Assembly: GCA_963801815.1 (NCBI GenBank)
Contig: CAWDGJ010000003.1
Span: 512,001 to 576,000, forward strand
DNA length: 64,000 nucleotides
Source: an uncultured Verrucomicrobiae bacterium
Lineage (GTDB): Bacteria; Verrucomicrobiota; Verrucomicrobiia; Chthoniobacterales; UBA10450
Direction of reading: 5' to 3'
In this document: positions 48,399-56,975 of the stretch, one piece after another
Layout of the letters: every line of letters starts with the position of its first letter
Position numbering within the stretch: the first letter of the stretch is position 1
Position numbers and translations under genes: made by a program
Notes under the pieces: generated by a model
Databases searched by the model: none
Seen by the model: the letters and a program-made list of their open reading frames with translations, nothing else
Told to the model about the DNA's origin: nothing

Positions 48399-48995
48399 TT
48401 AGAAATTGCCGACGTCGACCGGTGTGCCGACCTTGGCGTGATCGTAGAACAATTTCGCGCCGTCGACTGATTCACGAACGCACCCGTGGGATGCTGCGTA
48501 GCCGGGCAAGATCCCGATGTGCATTCCAACGCCTTCACTGGTGAGACGCAGGAACCATTTCATCGCCGCGCCGGCAAAATGCGTCCCGCTCGGCGCAGAA
48601 TCGATGTGAGCGCTAACACCCGCACGCACGACGCGACCTGAACCATCGACGAAATCCCCATAAATGCTCGAGTGGTGGTTGGGATCCTTCTCCATGACAT
48701 TGAAATGCCCCAGCGGCGTTTCGTGTCCGCGCTTGCCTGAGGAAATCGGTCCGTCCGCCACGATTTCCTCACCGATCATCAAATAGGCGCGTTGTTTTGG
48801 AATGGAAACGACAATGTGAGTGTTGTCCTGCGTCGCCTGGGCGAGCAGTTTCTGGTTCACCTTCAATGGCGCCTGCCTTTGAATCATCTCGCTCGGTTTC
48901 TTCATCTTCGGACCGAACAACTGCGCGTGGGCGAGACCCACCGTCGCAATCGCAAGAACGACGATGCCGAATTTGAGCAGGCGCAAGCGTTTCAT
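48399..48995 (-). CDS. L,D-transpeptidase family protein with signal peptide
   Basis: PISSGK...TPLG; GMHIGILPGYAASHGCVR. Confidence 0.9.
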   Translation of the reverse strand: MKRLRLLKFGIVVLAIATVGLAHAQLFGPKMKKPSEMIQRQAPLKVNQKLLAQATQDNTHIVVSIPKQRAYLMIGEEIVADGPISSGKRGHETPLGHFNVMEKDPNHHSSIYGDFVDGSGRVVRAGVSAHIDSAPSGTHFAGAAMKWFLRLTSEGVGMHIGILPGYAASHGCVRESVDGAKLFYDHAKVGTPVDVGNF

Positions 48996-49819
48996 GAATT
49001 TTGGTTGTAAGTGCGGACCCGATTCAACCAGCCAGGCAGCCAGCGGGTTTCGTGTCGTTCTGGCGGAGAATTTTGCACGCGCCGGCGCAGAATTGCAGCT
49101 GCAGAATTCGCGAATTCCCGAGTCGCGGCCGGGCCGGCTCCGGTGCCGTGCATCTGTTCGAGCACTTGCAGCAATCCCCAGCCCTGGCCGTTATAACGTT
49201 CGGTTTGCAACACGCCTTCGCCTTTAAAGTTCACGTAATCGACCAATGCATAGCAGCCGTGAGGCGTGCTGGCAACGCGCGTGAATTGTCTCTCGACATT
49301 AGTGCCTTCGTTCGGGGCGGCTTGATTGAGCATCTTGGCGAGCGATTGCTGCAAACGCGTCACCAAAAATTGCGCCTGAAGATCGACCGTGTGTGCGAGG
49401 AACTGCCGTAATTCGCGCATGGGCGCAGAATCTTGGGCGCTGGAAAATTCGGCGCGCGAACTCCACGGACAAAATGTCGCCTGATTCAACCAAACCGGCA
49501 CAGTGGCATTACGTTCGCGCGCAAACTCCAGGAATTTGGGAAAGCTTTCTTCAAACGGACCGCGCATGCCTTTCGGATACCAAATAAAATGCCCGATTCC
49601 AAGGGAAGCGAAATCTTCGCCGGCATTCCACGAAGTGAGCCCGGCGATCGTTCCATTGCACTCGTTCTGCCAGATGCGTTTTCCAATGTGAACGGCGTCA
49701 GCCTTGGAAATATTGACTGGGGCCGCTGCCTCGCCGATAGCGGGCAGCAACACTAAAAGCGCCCCAACCGCCAGGATGCGATGGACGTGATGATCGGTTG
49801 ACGAGCGCTGTTTCTCCAC
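48992..49819 (-). CDS. Exported hypothetical protein, candidate lysozyme-like muramidase
   Basis: Signal peptide; IWQNECNG...EDFASLGIGHFIW; C-terminal WLPGWLNRV. Confidence 0.75.
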   Translation of the reverse strand: MEKQRSSTDHHVHRILAVGALLVLLPAIGEAAAPVNISKADAVHIGKRIWQNECNGTIAGLTSWNAGEDFASLGIGHFIWYPKGMRGPFEESFPKFLEFARERNATVPVWLNQATFCPWSSRAEFSSAQDSAPMRELRQFLAHTVDLQAQFLVTRLQQSLAKMLNQAAPNEGTNVERQFTRVASTPHGCYALVDYVNFKGEGVLQTERYNGQGWGLLQVLEQMHGTGAGPAATREFANSAAAILRRRVQNSPPERHETRWLPGWLNRVRTYNQNS

Positions 49820-49882
49820 TAGCGTTGCAAACTTCTGCGCGATTCCCAGGTAAAGCGCAACCAGATTCGCAGACCCATTTTT

Positions 49883-50596
49883 ATGAAATCGATCATCCTT
49901 AGCATCGTTGCTTTGTCATTCGCGGCCAGCGCGTTCGGCGAAGACAAACCGGCCCAATTAAAAGACCAAAAGGACAAATTCAGTTATGCCATCGGCTTGA
50001 ACATCGGTATGAATTTCAAGCGACAGAATGTGGACGTGAACCCAGATCTCATCACCTCCGGAATCAAGGACGGGATCGCGGGCAAACCCCAGATGACAGT
50101 CGACCAGATCCGCGACACGATGGTCGCGGTCGAAAAAGAGATGCAAGCAAAACAGGCAGAGGCGGGAAAAAAGAACGAAGCCGACGCGAACAAGTTTCTG
50201 GCCGATAATAAAACTAAGGACGGCGTGAAAACGACCGCCAGCGGACTCCAATACAAGGTGTTGAAAGAGGGCAACGGCGCGCAGCCGAAGAGCAGCGACA
50301 CCGTGACGGTGAATTACCGCGGCACTCTGATCGATGGCACGGAGTTCGACAGCTCCTATAAACGTAACGAGCCTGCAACGTTTCCAGTCGCTGGTGTCAT
50401 CAAGGGATGGACCGAAGCGCTTCAGCTGATGAAGGTCGGCTCCAAATATCAGCTCTTTATTCCCCCAAACCTCGCTTATGGCCAAAATTCGCCAAGTCCG
50501 ACAATCCCGGCGAACTCGCTTTTGGTTTTCGAAGTCGAGCTGATGAAGGTGGAATCTCCTGGAGCCTCACCGGCGCCATCGCCTTCGGCGAAATAA
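49883..50596 (+). CDS. FKBP-type peptidyl-prolyl isomerase (FkpA/Mip-like)
   Basis: SYAIG; TASGLQY; GTEFDSSY; VIKGWTEAL; LVFEVEL. Confidence 0.96.
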   Translation: MKSIILSIVALSFAASAFGEDKPAQLKDQKDKFSYAIGLNIGMNFKRQNVDVNPDLITSGIKDGIAGKPQMTVDQIRDTMVAVEKEMQAKQAEAGKKNEADANKFLADNKTKDGVKTTASGLQYKVLKEGNGAQPKSSDTVTVNYRGTLIDGTEFDSSYKRNEPATFPVAGVIKGWTEALQLMKVGSKYQLFIPPNLAYGQNSPSPTIPANSLLVFEVELMKVESPGASPAPSPSAK

Positions 50597-50611
50597 GGAG
50601 TTAACCGCAAG

Positions 50612-50974
50612 TCAGCGCGAGACGGTCGCCGTCTCCCAGGCGAGCAGCGGCGCGTCGCCCCACAAATCTTCCAGGCTGTAAAACGCGCGTTTGTCACGAT
50701 GGAAGATGTGGACGACGACTTCGAGATAATCGAGCACGATCCATTGGCTCGCCGGAAAACCGTCCACTGCTGCCGCGCGGCGGCCGTGGTCTTCCCGCAA
50801 TCGCGTTTCAATTTCATTCGCGATCGCCTTGAGCTGCGGTTCCGAGCTTGCTGAGCAGATCACGAAGAAATCGGTGAAGCTGGAGATGCCGGCGAGATCC
50901 AGAACAACAATGTCTTCGGCCTTCTTGTTCGAAGCGAGCTCGGCGCAGGTCGTGGCTAACTGTTTCGCGGTTAT
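50612..50974 (-). CDS. rsfS: Ribosome silencing factor RsfS (apparent ATA start)
   Basis: (I)TAKQLATTCAELASNKKAEDIVVLDL...DFFVICS...WIVLDY..VVVHIF...RAFYSLEDLWGD; downstream of nadD. Confidence 0.9.
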   Translation of the reverse strand: MTAKQLATTCAELASNKKAEDIVVLDLAGISSFTDFFVICSASSEPQLKAIANEIETRLREDHGRRAAAVDGFPASQWIVLDYLEVVVHIFHRDKRAFYSLEDLWGDAPLLAWETATVSR

Positions 50975-51540
50975 GTCGCTGACTCCCGGTAAAGTTTCTC
51001 CCGTCGAATGATTTCTTCCACGGCCTGCGGTACGAGATAGCGGATGGAGCGCCCGGACGCAACTCGGTTTCGAATCTCCGTCGCGGAGATGTCGATGTTG
51101 CGTCGCACCACCGGATAGTTGTGAACGGCCTTAGTGGCGCGGCCGCGATCGAGCACTACGAACTGGACAAGTTTCTCGAGCGCTTCAAACCGGTGCCATT
51201 TGTTCAGTCCGCTCACGTTGTCGGCGCCAATCAGCCAAAATAATTCTGCGTTCGGATCGCGTTCCCGGATTTGCAGCACGGTATCGATGCTGTAGGAGGG
51301 CGGCGGCCGTTTCAGTTCGCAATCGTCCACGATAAAATCCGCTTGCCCCTGGATTGCCGCGCGCAACATCGACAGTCGCACTTCGCCGCTCGCTTTGGCG
51401 GGCTCTTTCTTAAACGGGGATAGCGCAGCGGGAATGAAAATGAGCTGATCCAGTTTAAGCTCTTCGCAGGCTTGCCGGCTCAAAATCAGATGGCCGTGAT
51501 GGATCGGATCGAACGTACCGCCGTAGATGCCTATCTTCAA
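50971..51540 (-). CDS. nadD: Nicotinate-nucleotide adenylyltransferase
   Basis: GGTFDPIHHGH; WLIGAD; ISATEIR. Confidence 0.96.
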   Translation of the reverse strand: MKIGIYGGTFDPIHHGHLILSRQACEELKLDQLIFIPAALSPFKKEPAKASGEVRLSMLRAAIQGQADFIVDDCELKRPPPSYSIDTVLQIRERDPNAELFWLIGADNVSGLNKWHRFEALEKLVQFVVLDRGRATKAVHNYPVVRRNIDISATEIRNRVASGRSIRYLVPQAVEEIIRREKLYRESAT

Positions 51541-51590
51541 CGAGCAACGCTTAACGCTGAACGCACAACCTTCAACGGCTAATTACAAGT

Positions 51591-51684
51591 TGTCATTCTG
51601 AGCGATAGCGAAGAATCTCTGATCTTTTACTGGCATCTTTCGAAAGCCGATAGTCAGAGATGTTTCGCTTTTCTCAACATGACA
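51591..51684. repeat. Palindromic MITE/REP-like element (TGTCA...TGACA ends), copy 2, inverted relative to copy 1
   Basis: TGTCATTCTGAGCGATAGCGAAGAATCTCTGA...TCAGAGATGTTTCGCTTTTCTCAACATGACA. Confidence 0.85.
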
Positions 51685-51744
51685 GAACAGTGAAATCGGG
51701 CTTGGAGTTTGAACGTTTCCTTGGAACGTTGATGTTTTGATTAG

Positions 51745-51990
51745 ATGAAAAGCGGCAGTAATTCACTCGGTCAACTATTGAGTGCCGAAAAAGGTCGATC
51801 GTGCTCTCCGAGCGCGATGGTTAACGGTTGTTCGGAATTATGAGTGCTGATTCACTCGGTCAACTGATACTCGCTGCCGGAGGTGGATCGCGCGCTCCGT
51901 CGCGCGATGTTATTTTGGCGCCGAAGGCGCATTGTTTAGCATCGAGCAAGGGACTGCTCGATCCACCTTCGCTCAGCGTGGATAACGAAC
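51745..51990 (+). repeat. Two degenerate copies of the nagZ 5' end, each followed by a palindromic element
   Basis: MKSGSNSLGQLL (51745) and MSADSLGQLIL (51840) versus nagZ MKNDSLGQLIL (51991). Confidence 0.75.
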
Positions 51991-53175
51991 ATGAAGAATG
52001 ATTCACTTGGCCAGCTCATCTTGTGCGGGGTTCCAGGAAAAGAACTCGACGCCGCCAGCGCGGAAATGTTCCGAAAAGTTCAGCCGGGCGGATTTATTCT
52101 TTTCGGCCGCAACATCGAGACCGCGCCGCAGTTGCGAAAACTGATCGACGATCTGCGCGATCTGAGTCAAATCGAGCCAATTATCACGATCGATCAGGAG
52201 GGCGGCCGCGTTTCGCGTCTGCGATTGATCGGCAGCGAGCCGCCGAATGCCCAGCAATTGCGCGACAAGGATGATATCAATCTTATCCGCCGGCACGGCG
52301 ACATTACCGGACGTTTATTGCGCGTTTTCGGATTCAATCTTGATCTTTGCCCCGTTCTGGACATTTCGTTCGACGACAATGCCGACAATTCGCTGCGTGG
52401 ACGTTGTTATGGCAAAACAGTCGAGCAAGTCGTCCGCAACGCGGGCGCGTTCAACGACGGGATGCGCAACCAGGGGATCGCGAGCTGCGGCAAGCATTTC
52501 CCCGGATACACCTGCGCGAAATCGGACGCGCATTACGAATTGCCGCGAATCGATCGCACTCGCGAAGAATTGGATGCAAATGAATTAGCCGTGTTTCGCG
52601 CATTCATAGGTAGCGGCAATGCCAGTCCGGCTCGGACTTCGCCGAGCCGCCAACAACCGCCAGTCCGGCTCGGACCGACTGACCCCAATCGCCCGGGGGT
52701 GGACAGCATGATGATTTGTCACGGCTGGTATCCGTGTCTCGAAAAAGAAAAGACGCCGGCGAGTTTGTCGCGTCGCGTGATCACCGATCTGCTTCGCAAC
52801 GAGTTCGGGTTCGACGGTCTTGTCATGACCGACGATCTCGACATGGGCGCAATTCTCAACGGCTACGGTCTGCAAGACACGATCTGTCTCGCAATCGATG
52901 CGGGAAACGATCTGGTGATGATTTGTCACAGGATTCCTGAAATCGAAAACGTCCGCAAGATTTTGGAGACGTTGCCGCCCGATCAAACCAATCGTGCCCT
53001 CGCCAGCGTCGCGAAGTTTAAGAAGACGATGAAACCGCCGCACGATTTTTCTGAAGCCGCCTTTCGTAAGATCGACAAGGAGATCTGGGACCTGCGCGTC
53101 GCGACTCTCGGAGAAGAACGCGCCAGACAACGCAGCGTCGAAGACGGCAAACGCTCGCCGGTGGAGACTTACTGA
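51991..53175 (+). CDS. nagZ: GH3 beta-N-acetylhexosaminidase (NagZ-like) with an internal insertion
   Basis: GFILFGRN; IDQEGGRVSR; KHFPG...DAH; MTDDLDMGA. Confidence 0.85.
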   Translation: MKNDSLGQLILCGVPGKELDAASAEMFRKVQPGGFILFGRNIETAPQLRKLIDDLRDLSQIEPIITIDQEGGRVSRLRLIGSEPPNAQQLRDKDDINLIRRHGDITGRLLRVFGFNLDLCPVLDISFDDNADNSLRGRCYGKTVEQVVRNAGAFNDGMRNQGIASCGKHFPGYTCAKSDAHYELPRIDRTREELDANELAVFRAFIGSGNASPARTSPSRQQPPVRLGPTDPNRPGVDSMMICHGWYPCLEKEKTPASLSRRVITDLLRNEFGFDGLVMTDDLDMGAILNGYGLQDTICLAIDAGNDLVMICHRIPEIENVRKILETLPPDQTNRALASVAKFKKTMKPPHDFSEAAFRKIDKEIWDLRVATLGEERARQRSVEDGKRSPVETY

Positions 53176-53217
53176 AAGAGGTAGGCAAATCTTTTCGTAT
53201 AATTCTCGGCGCCATAA

Positions 53218-54144
53218 ATGAAGGCTTTCGTCGTTGCGTTCGTTGTTGGGTTTGTCATAGCGGATTTGTCCGCGCAGACAAAAGTCTGGCAGCCATCGCC
53301 GGGACACACGCAAATACCGATCTGGCCAACCGAGCCGCCAGATGCCAAGCCTGCCGCTGGGCCGGAAACGCTACAAACGGATCCTAAGGATCTGGTTGCC
53401 GGCAAACCTTGGTTTTATGTGACCAACGTCTCGCAGCCGACGATCACCGTCTACTCGCCAAAAGGAAAAAACACCGGCGTAGCGATGGTCGTTTTTCCTG
53501 GGGGCGGTTATGAAGTTCTCGCCATTGATCTGCAAGGTACTGAAATTTGCGATTGGCTGACCTCCCGAGGAATTACTGCCGTATTTTTGAAATATCGCGT
53601 GCCATCGAGAGAATCTGGTCCATATGGCGAATCAACGCTGGCATTGCAGGACGCGCAGAGAGCGATCGGGCTCGTGCGCTTTCATGCAGCTGAATGGCAT
53701 ATCGATCCGCACAAGATTGGAGTCATCGGCTTCTCGGCCGGCGGGCATATGGTCGCTGCAGTGAGCACGCATTTTGACAAACGAGCGTATGCGACTCTCG
53801 ATGGCGCTGATAAAGAAAGTTGCCGGCCGGACTTTGCGATCGCAGAATATCCGGGACATCTCTGCAACAACGATGACAAGAATTTTCAATTGAACCCGAC
53901 TGTTCCGGTTACCCGCAACACGCCGTCCACGTTTTTGCTACAGGCGGAGAATGACGACGTGGATCCCGTTAGGGAGTCATTGGTCTATTACATCGCGCTG
54001 AAAAACGCCGGCGTTCCGGTGGAAATGCATTTGTATGCCGAGGGCGGCCATGCGTTTGGGATACGACGCACCAAGTTTCCGATCACGCGCTGGCCTGAAT
54101 TGGTGGAGACGTGGTTGAAAACGATCGGATTGATTTCGGAGTAG
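53218..54144 (+). CDS. Exported alpha/beta hydrolase (esterase, xylan-esterase-like)
   Basis: FPGGGY; GFSAGGH; D.V; HAFG. Confidence 0.9.
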   Translation: MKAFVVAFVVGFVIADLSAQTKVWQPSPGHTQIPIWPTEPPDAKPAAGPETLQTDPKDLVAGKPWFYVTNVSQPTITVYSPKGKNTGVAMVVFPGGGYEVLAIDLQGTEICDWLTSRGITAVFLKYRVPSRESGPYGESTLALQDAQRAIGLVRFHAAEWHIDPHKIGVIGFSAGGHMVAAVSTHFDKRAYATLDGADKESCRPDFAIAEYPGHLCNNDDKNFQLNPTVPVTRNTPSTFLLQAENDDVDPVRESLVYYIALKNAGVPVEMHLYAEGGHAFGIRRTKFPITRWPELVETWLKTIGLISE

Positions 54145-54182
54145 CGTCTGATCGCTTCAATCAGCTAACATCCGCAGCAAAT

Positions 54183-56159
54183 ATGCGCGCTGAACTCACC
54201 ATCCGCGGTCTGATCATCGGGATTGTCATCACGCTGGTTTTCACGGCCGCGAATGTTTACTTCGGACTGAAAGCAGGCCTTACTTTTTCGACATCAATTC
54301 CGGCAGCGGTGATTTCGATGGCGATCCTGCGCGGTTTTAAGGACGCGACGATCCAGGAAAACAATATCGTGCAAACCGTTGCCTCGGCGGCGGGCACGCT
54401 TTCGTCGATCATTTTCGTTCTGCCAGGCCTGATCATGATCGGCTATTGGACGGAGTTTCCGTTCTGGACCTCGTTCTGGATCTGCGCGCTCGGCGGAATT
54501 CTCGGCGTGATGTATTCGATTCCGCTGCGGCGCGCGTTGGTTACCCAATCCGATTTGCCGTATCCGGAAGGCGTCGCCTGCGCCGAAGTATTGAAGGTGG
54601 GAAGTAGCGGGGGGTCGGACCATGCTCACGATATCGAGCATGGTCGCGCCGGTCTGCTCGCAGTCTTGTGGGGTTCGATCGTGTCAGCGGTCTTCGCCGT
54701 GATCGTCGCCACGCAACTTTTTGCTTCAGACGTCGCCCGAACATTTCGGATTGGCCGCAACGGCGCTGTCAGTGGTTTCGATTTCTTCCTGTCATTCGCG
54801 CTACTTGGGATCGGGCATTTGGTCGGTTTGTCCGTTGGAATCGCGATGCTCATCGGCGCTTTCATCGGTTGGGGTTGGGGTGTTCCGCATTTTTCTGGTA
54901 TCGCGGGCGATATTACGACCGCCGCCGCGCAACTTGCGCAGTCCACTTGGAGCCACAAAGTTCGGTTCATCGGCGCGGGCGCGATCGGCGTTTCAGCAAT
55001 TTGGACGCTATTGAAATTAGTGAAGCCGGTCGCGAGCGGACTGACCAGTGCGATGGCTGCGTCTCGCGCGCGCAAAGCCGGTCAGGCCGACACGTTGCCG
55101 ATCACCGAGCGCGATATTCCGATCGGCATCGTTGGCATCATAACGCTGGTTTGCATGCTGCCGATTGGTTGGCTGCTTGGTTACTTCGGAAACTCCAGCG
55201 GCCTGGGCGCGCATTTGCCGACGCTCATCATCGGCGGCGTCGTTTACATCGTGTTGATGAGTTTTTTCGTGTCGGCGGTGTGCGGTTATATGGCCGGCCT
55301 GATTGGCTCGTCGAACAGTCCGCTTTCCGGCATTGGAATTCTGGTCGTGATTGGCGCCGCTTTGTTGCTCGTGATTGGAGTAAAGCCATACGTGGGTCCG
55401 GACACAACCAAAGCACTGATTGCCTTCGCACTGTTCACCACGGCCGTAGTCTTCAACGTGGCCGCGATCGCGAACAACAACCTTCAGGACCTCAAGACCG
55501 GTCAGCTGGTTGACGCGACACCGTGGAAGCAACAAGTCGCGCTGATTTTCGGCGTGATCGCCGGCGCGTTCGTGATTCCGCCTGTACTCGGTCTCGTGAA
55601 CCAGGCCTACGGGTTCGTCGGCGCGCCCGGCGCAGAACTGCGACCGCATCCATTGCCCGCACCACAAGCCGGCTTGATCTCGTCGCTTGCCCAGGGCGTC
55701 ATCGCCGCGGATATCGACTGGAGTCTGATCCGAATCGGCGCGCTGATTGGAGTAGCCATCATCGCGCTCGATGAAATTCTCGCCCGAACAACCAAGCACA
55801 TGCGGGTTCCACCGCTTGCGGTGGGCCTCGGAATTTATCTGCCGACGCAAAGCACGCTGATGATCGTGGTCGGCGCGGTCGTCGGGTGGTTTTTCGATAG
55901 ACGCGCTGATCGCACCCCAAGGCCGGAGGCGACCCAGCAGCTCGGCGTTTTGCTCGCGTCGGGCTTGATCGTCGGCGAGGGAATTCTTGGTGTCGTGATA
56001 TCGGCAATTGTGGTGTTTTCCGGCAAGGACGCACCGCTCTCAGTGGTGGGCCCGGCATATGAGACAGCCGGCATCATTATTGGCGGACTCGCTTTCGCGA
56101 TCATCGCTTTCGCGCTTTATCGGTGGATTTTGCACATGGCATCGGCAAGGCCGGCATGA
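54183..56159 (+). CDS. OPT-family oligopeptide transporter
   Basis: ELTIRG...ANVYFGLKAG...SIPAAVIS; LPYPEG; LQDLKTG..V.ATPWKQQ; APQA. Confidence 0.95.
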   Translation: MRAELTIRGLIIGIVITLVFTAANVYFGLKAGLTFSTSIPAAVISMAILRGFKDATIQENNIVQTVASAAGTLSSIIFVLPGLIMIGYWTEFPFWTSFWICALGGILGVMYSIPLRRALVTQSDLPYPEGVACAEVLKVGSSGGSDHAHDIEHGRAGLLAVLWGSIVSAVFAVIVATQLFASDVARTFRIGRNGAVSGFDFFLSFALLGIGHLVGLSVGIAMLIGAFIGWGWGVPHFSGIAGDITTAAAQLAQSTWSHKVRFIGAGAIGVSAIWTLLKLVKPVASGLTSAMAASRARKAGQADTLPITERDIPIGIVGIITLVCMLPIGWLLGYFGNSSGLGAHLPTLIIGGVVYIVLMSFFVSAVCGYMAGLIGSSNSPLSGIGILVVIGAALLLVIGVKPYVGPDTTKALIAFALFTTAVVFNVAAIANNNLQDLKTGQLVDATPWKQQVALIFGVIAGAFVIPPVLGLVNQAYGFVGAPGAELRPHPLPAPQAGLISSLAQGVIAADIDWSLIRIGALIGVAIIALDEILARTTKHMRVPPLAVGLGIYLPTQSTLMIVVGAVVGWFFDRRADRTPRPEATQQLGVLLASGLIVGEGILGVVISAIVVFSGKDAPLSVVGPAYETAGIIIGGLAFAIIAFALYRWILHMASARPA

Positions 56160-56923
56160 AGCGCAAATGGAACTGGCCGCTGTGGGTCGGCTTCGTCGTC
56201 GCTGTCGGCGGTCTCTTCAGTTACCAATTTTTCATTCAGTTTCCGAGCACGCGCGATTTTCCGTGGGCGACTCTTTTGATCTTTGGCGTTGGCGCAGCGT
56301 TGCTCGTCGTCGGCCTCTTTCGCGCTTTTGGAAGACCGCAGGTTTATCGAGGCAAAATCTTCGGCTCGATTTTTCTCGTCATCACCGTCTTACTATTCGC
56401 GTTTTTCTCTTACGTAACCTTTTACGTCCTGCGGCAAGTCCCGCTTTCGGCACAGGCGCCGCGGGTTGGCGAGAAAGCGCCGAACTTTTCGTTGCCGGAT
56501 CAAAATGGAAAGCAGGTTTCGCTGGGCGATCTGCTTTCGCCCAATGGCGCGGTCCTGATTTTTTATCGCGGACACTGGTGACCGCTCTGTAACTCCGAGT
56601 TGCGGAGTTTTCAGAAGCATCTGGGTGATTTTAAGGCGCGAGGCGTCCAGGTCGCAGCCATCAGTGTCGACCCGGTCGACGTAACGAAAACGCATTGCGC
56701 GAAAATGGGTTACACGTTCACTTTCTTGTCCGACACCGACGCCGCCGTGATCAAACGTTACGACGTGCTTCACCGCGGAGCCGGACCCAAAGGCAATGAC
56801 ATTGCGCGTCCGGCTGAGTTTTACGTCGACGCCGAGGGGGCGGTCCGCTGGGTGAATTTGACTGAGAACATTGCCGTCCGCGCCCGGCCCGAACAGGCGC
56901 TGGCGGCGATCGATTCGCATTAA
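56156..56923 (+). CDS. Membrane-anchored peroxiredoxin-like (AhpC/TSA) selenoprotein, Sec at codon 142 (TGA 56579-56581)
   Basis: ORFs 56123-56581 and 56600-56923 share one frame and join as FYRGHW-TGA-PLCNSEL. Three N-terminal hydrophobic segments; APNFSLPDQNG. Confidence 0.85.
56584..56618 (+). promoter_or_regulatory. Putative bacterial SECIS element
   Basis: GCTCTG-T-AACTCCG-AGTTG-CGGAGTT-TT-CAGAAGC. The apical loop starts about 16 nt after the UGA, with G at loop position 2. Confidence 0.6.
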
Positions 56924-56975
56924 CCCTGTCCGAGCAATTGACGACGCTGGAAGGAGTTAATACCTTCATCGGCTC

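Noticed and set aside
51538..51990. CRISPR array or DGR template in the repeat-rich nadD-nagZ region
   Set aside because: The repeats are not identical or regularly spaced, and there is no cas or reverse-transcriptase gene in the window.
56123..56923. Two separate genes or a nonsense pseudogene
   Set aside because: The TGA falls exactly at the first Cys position of a CxxC motif and is followed by a SECIS-like hairpin, so Sec read-through fits better.
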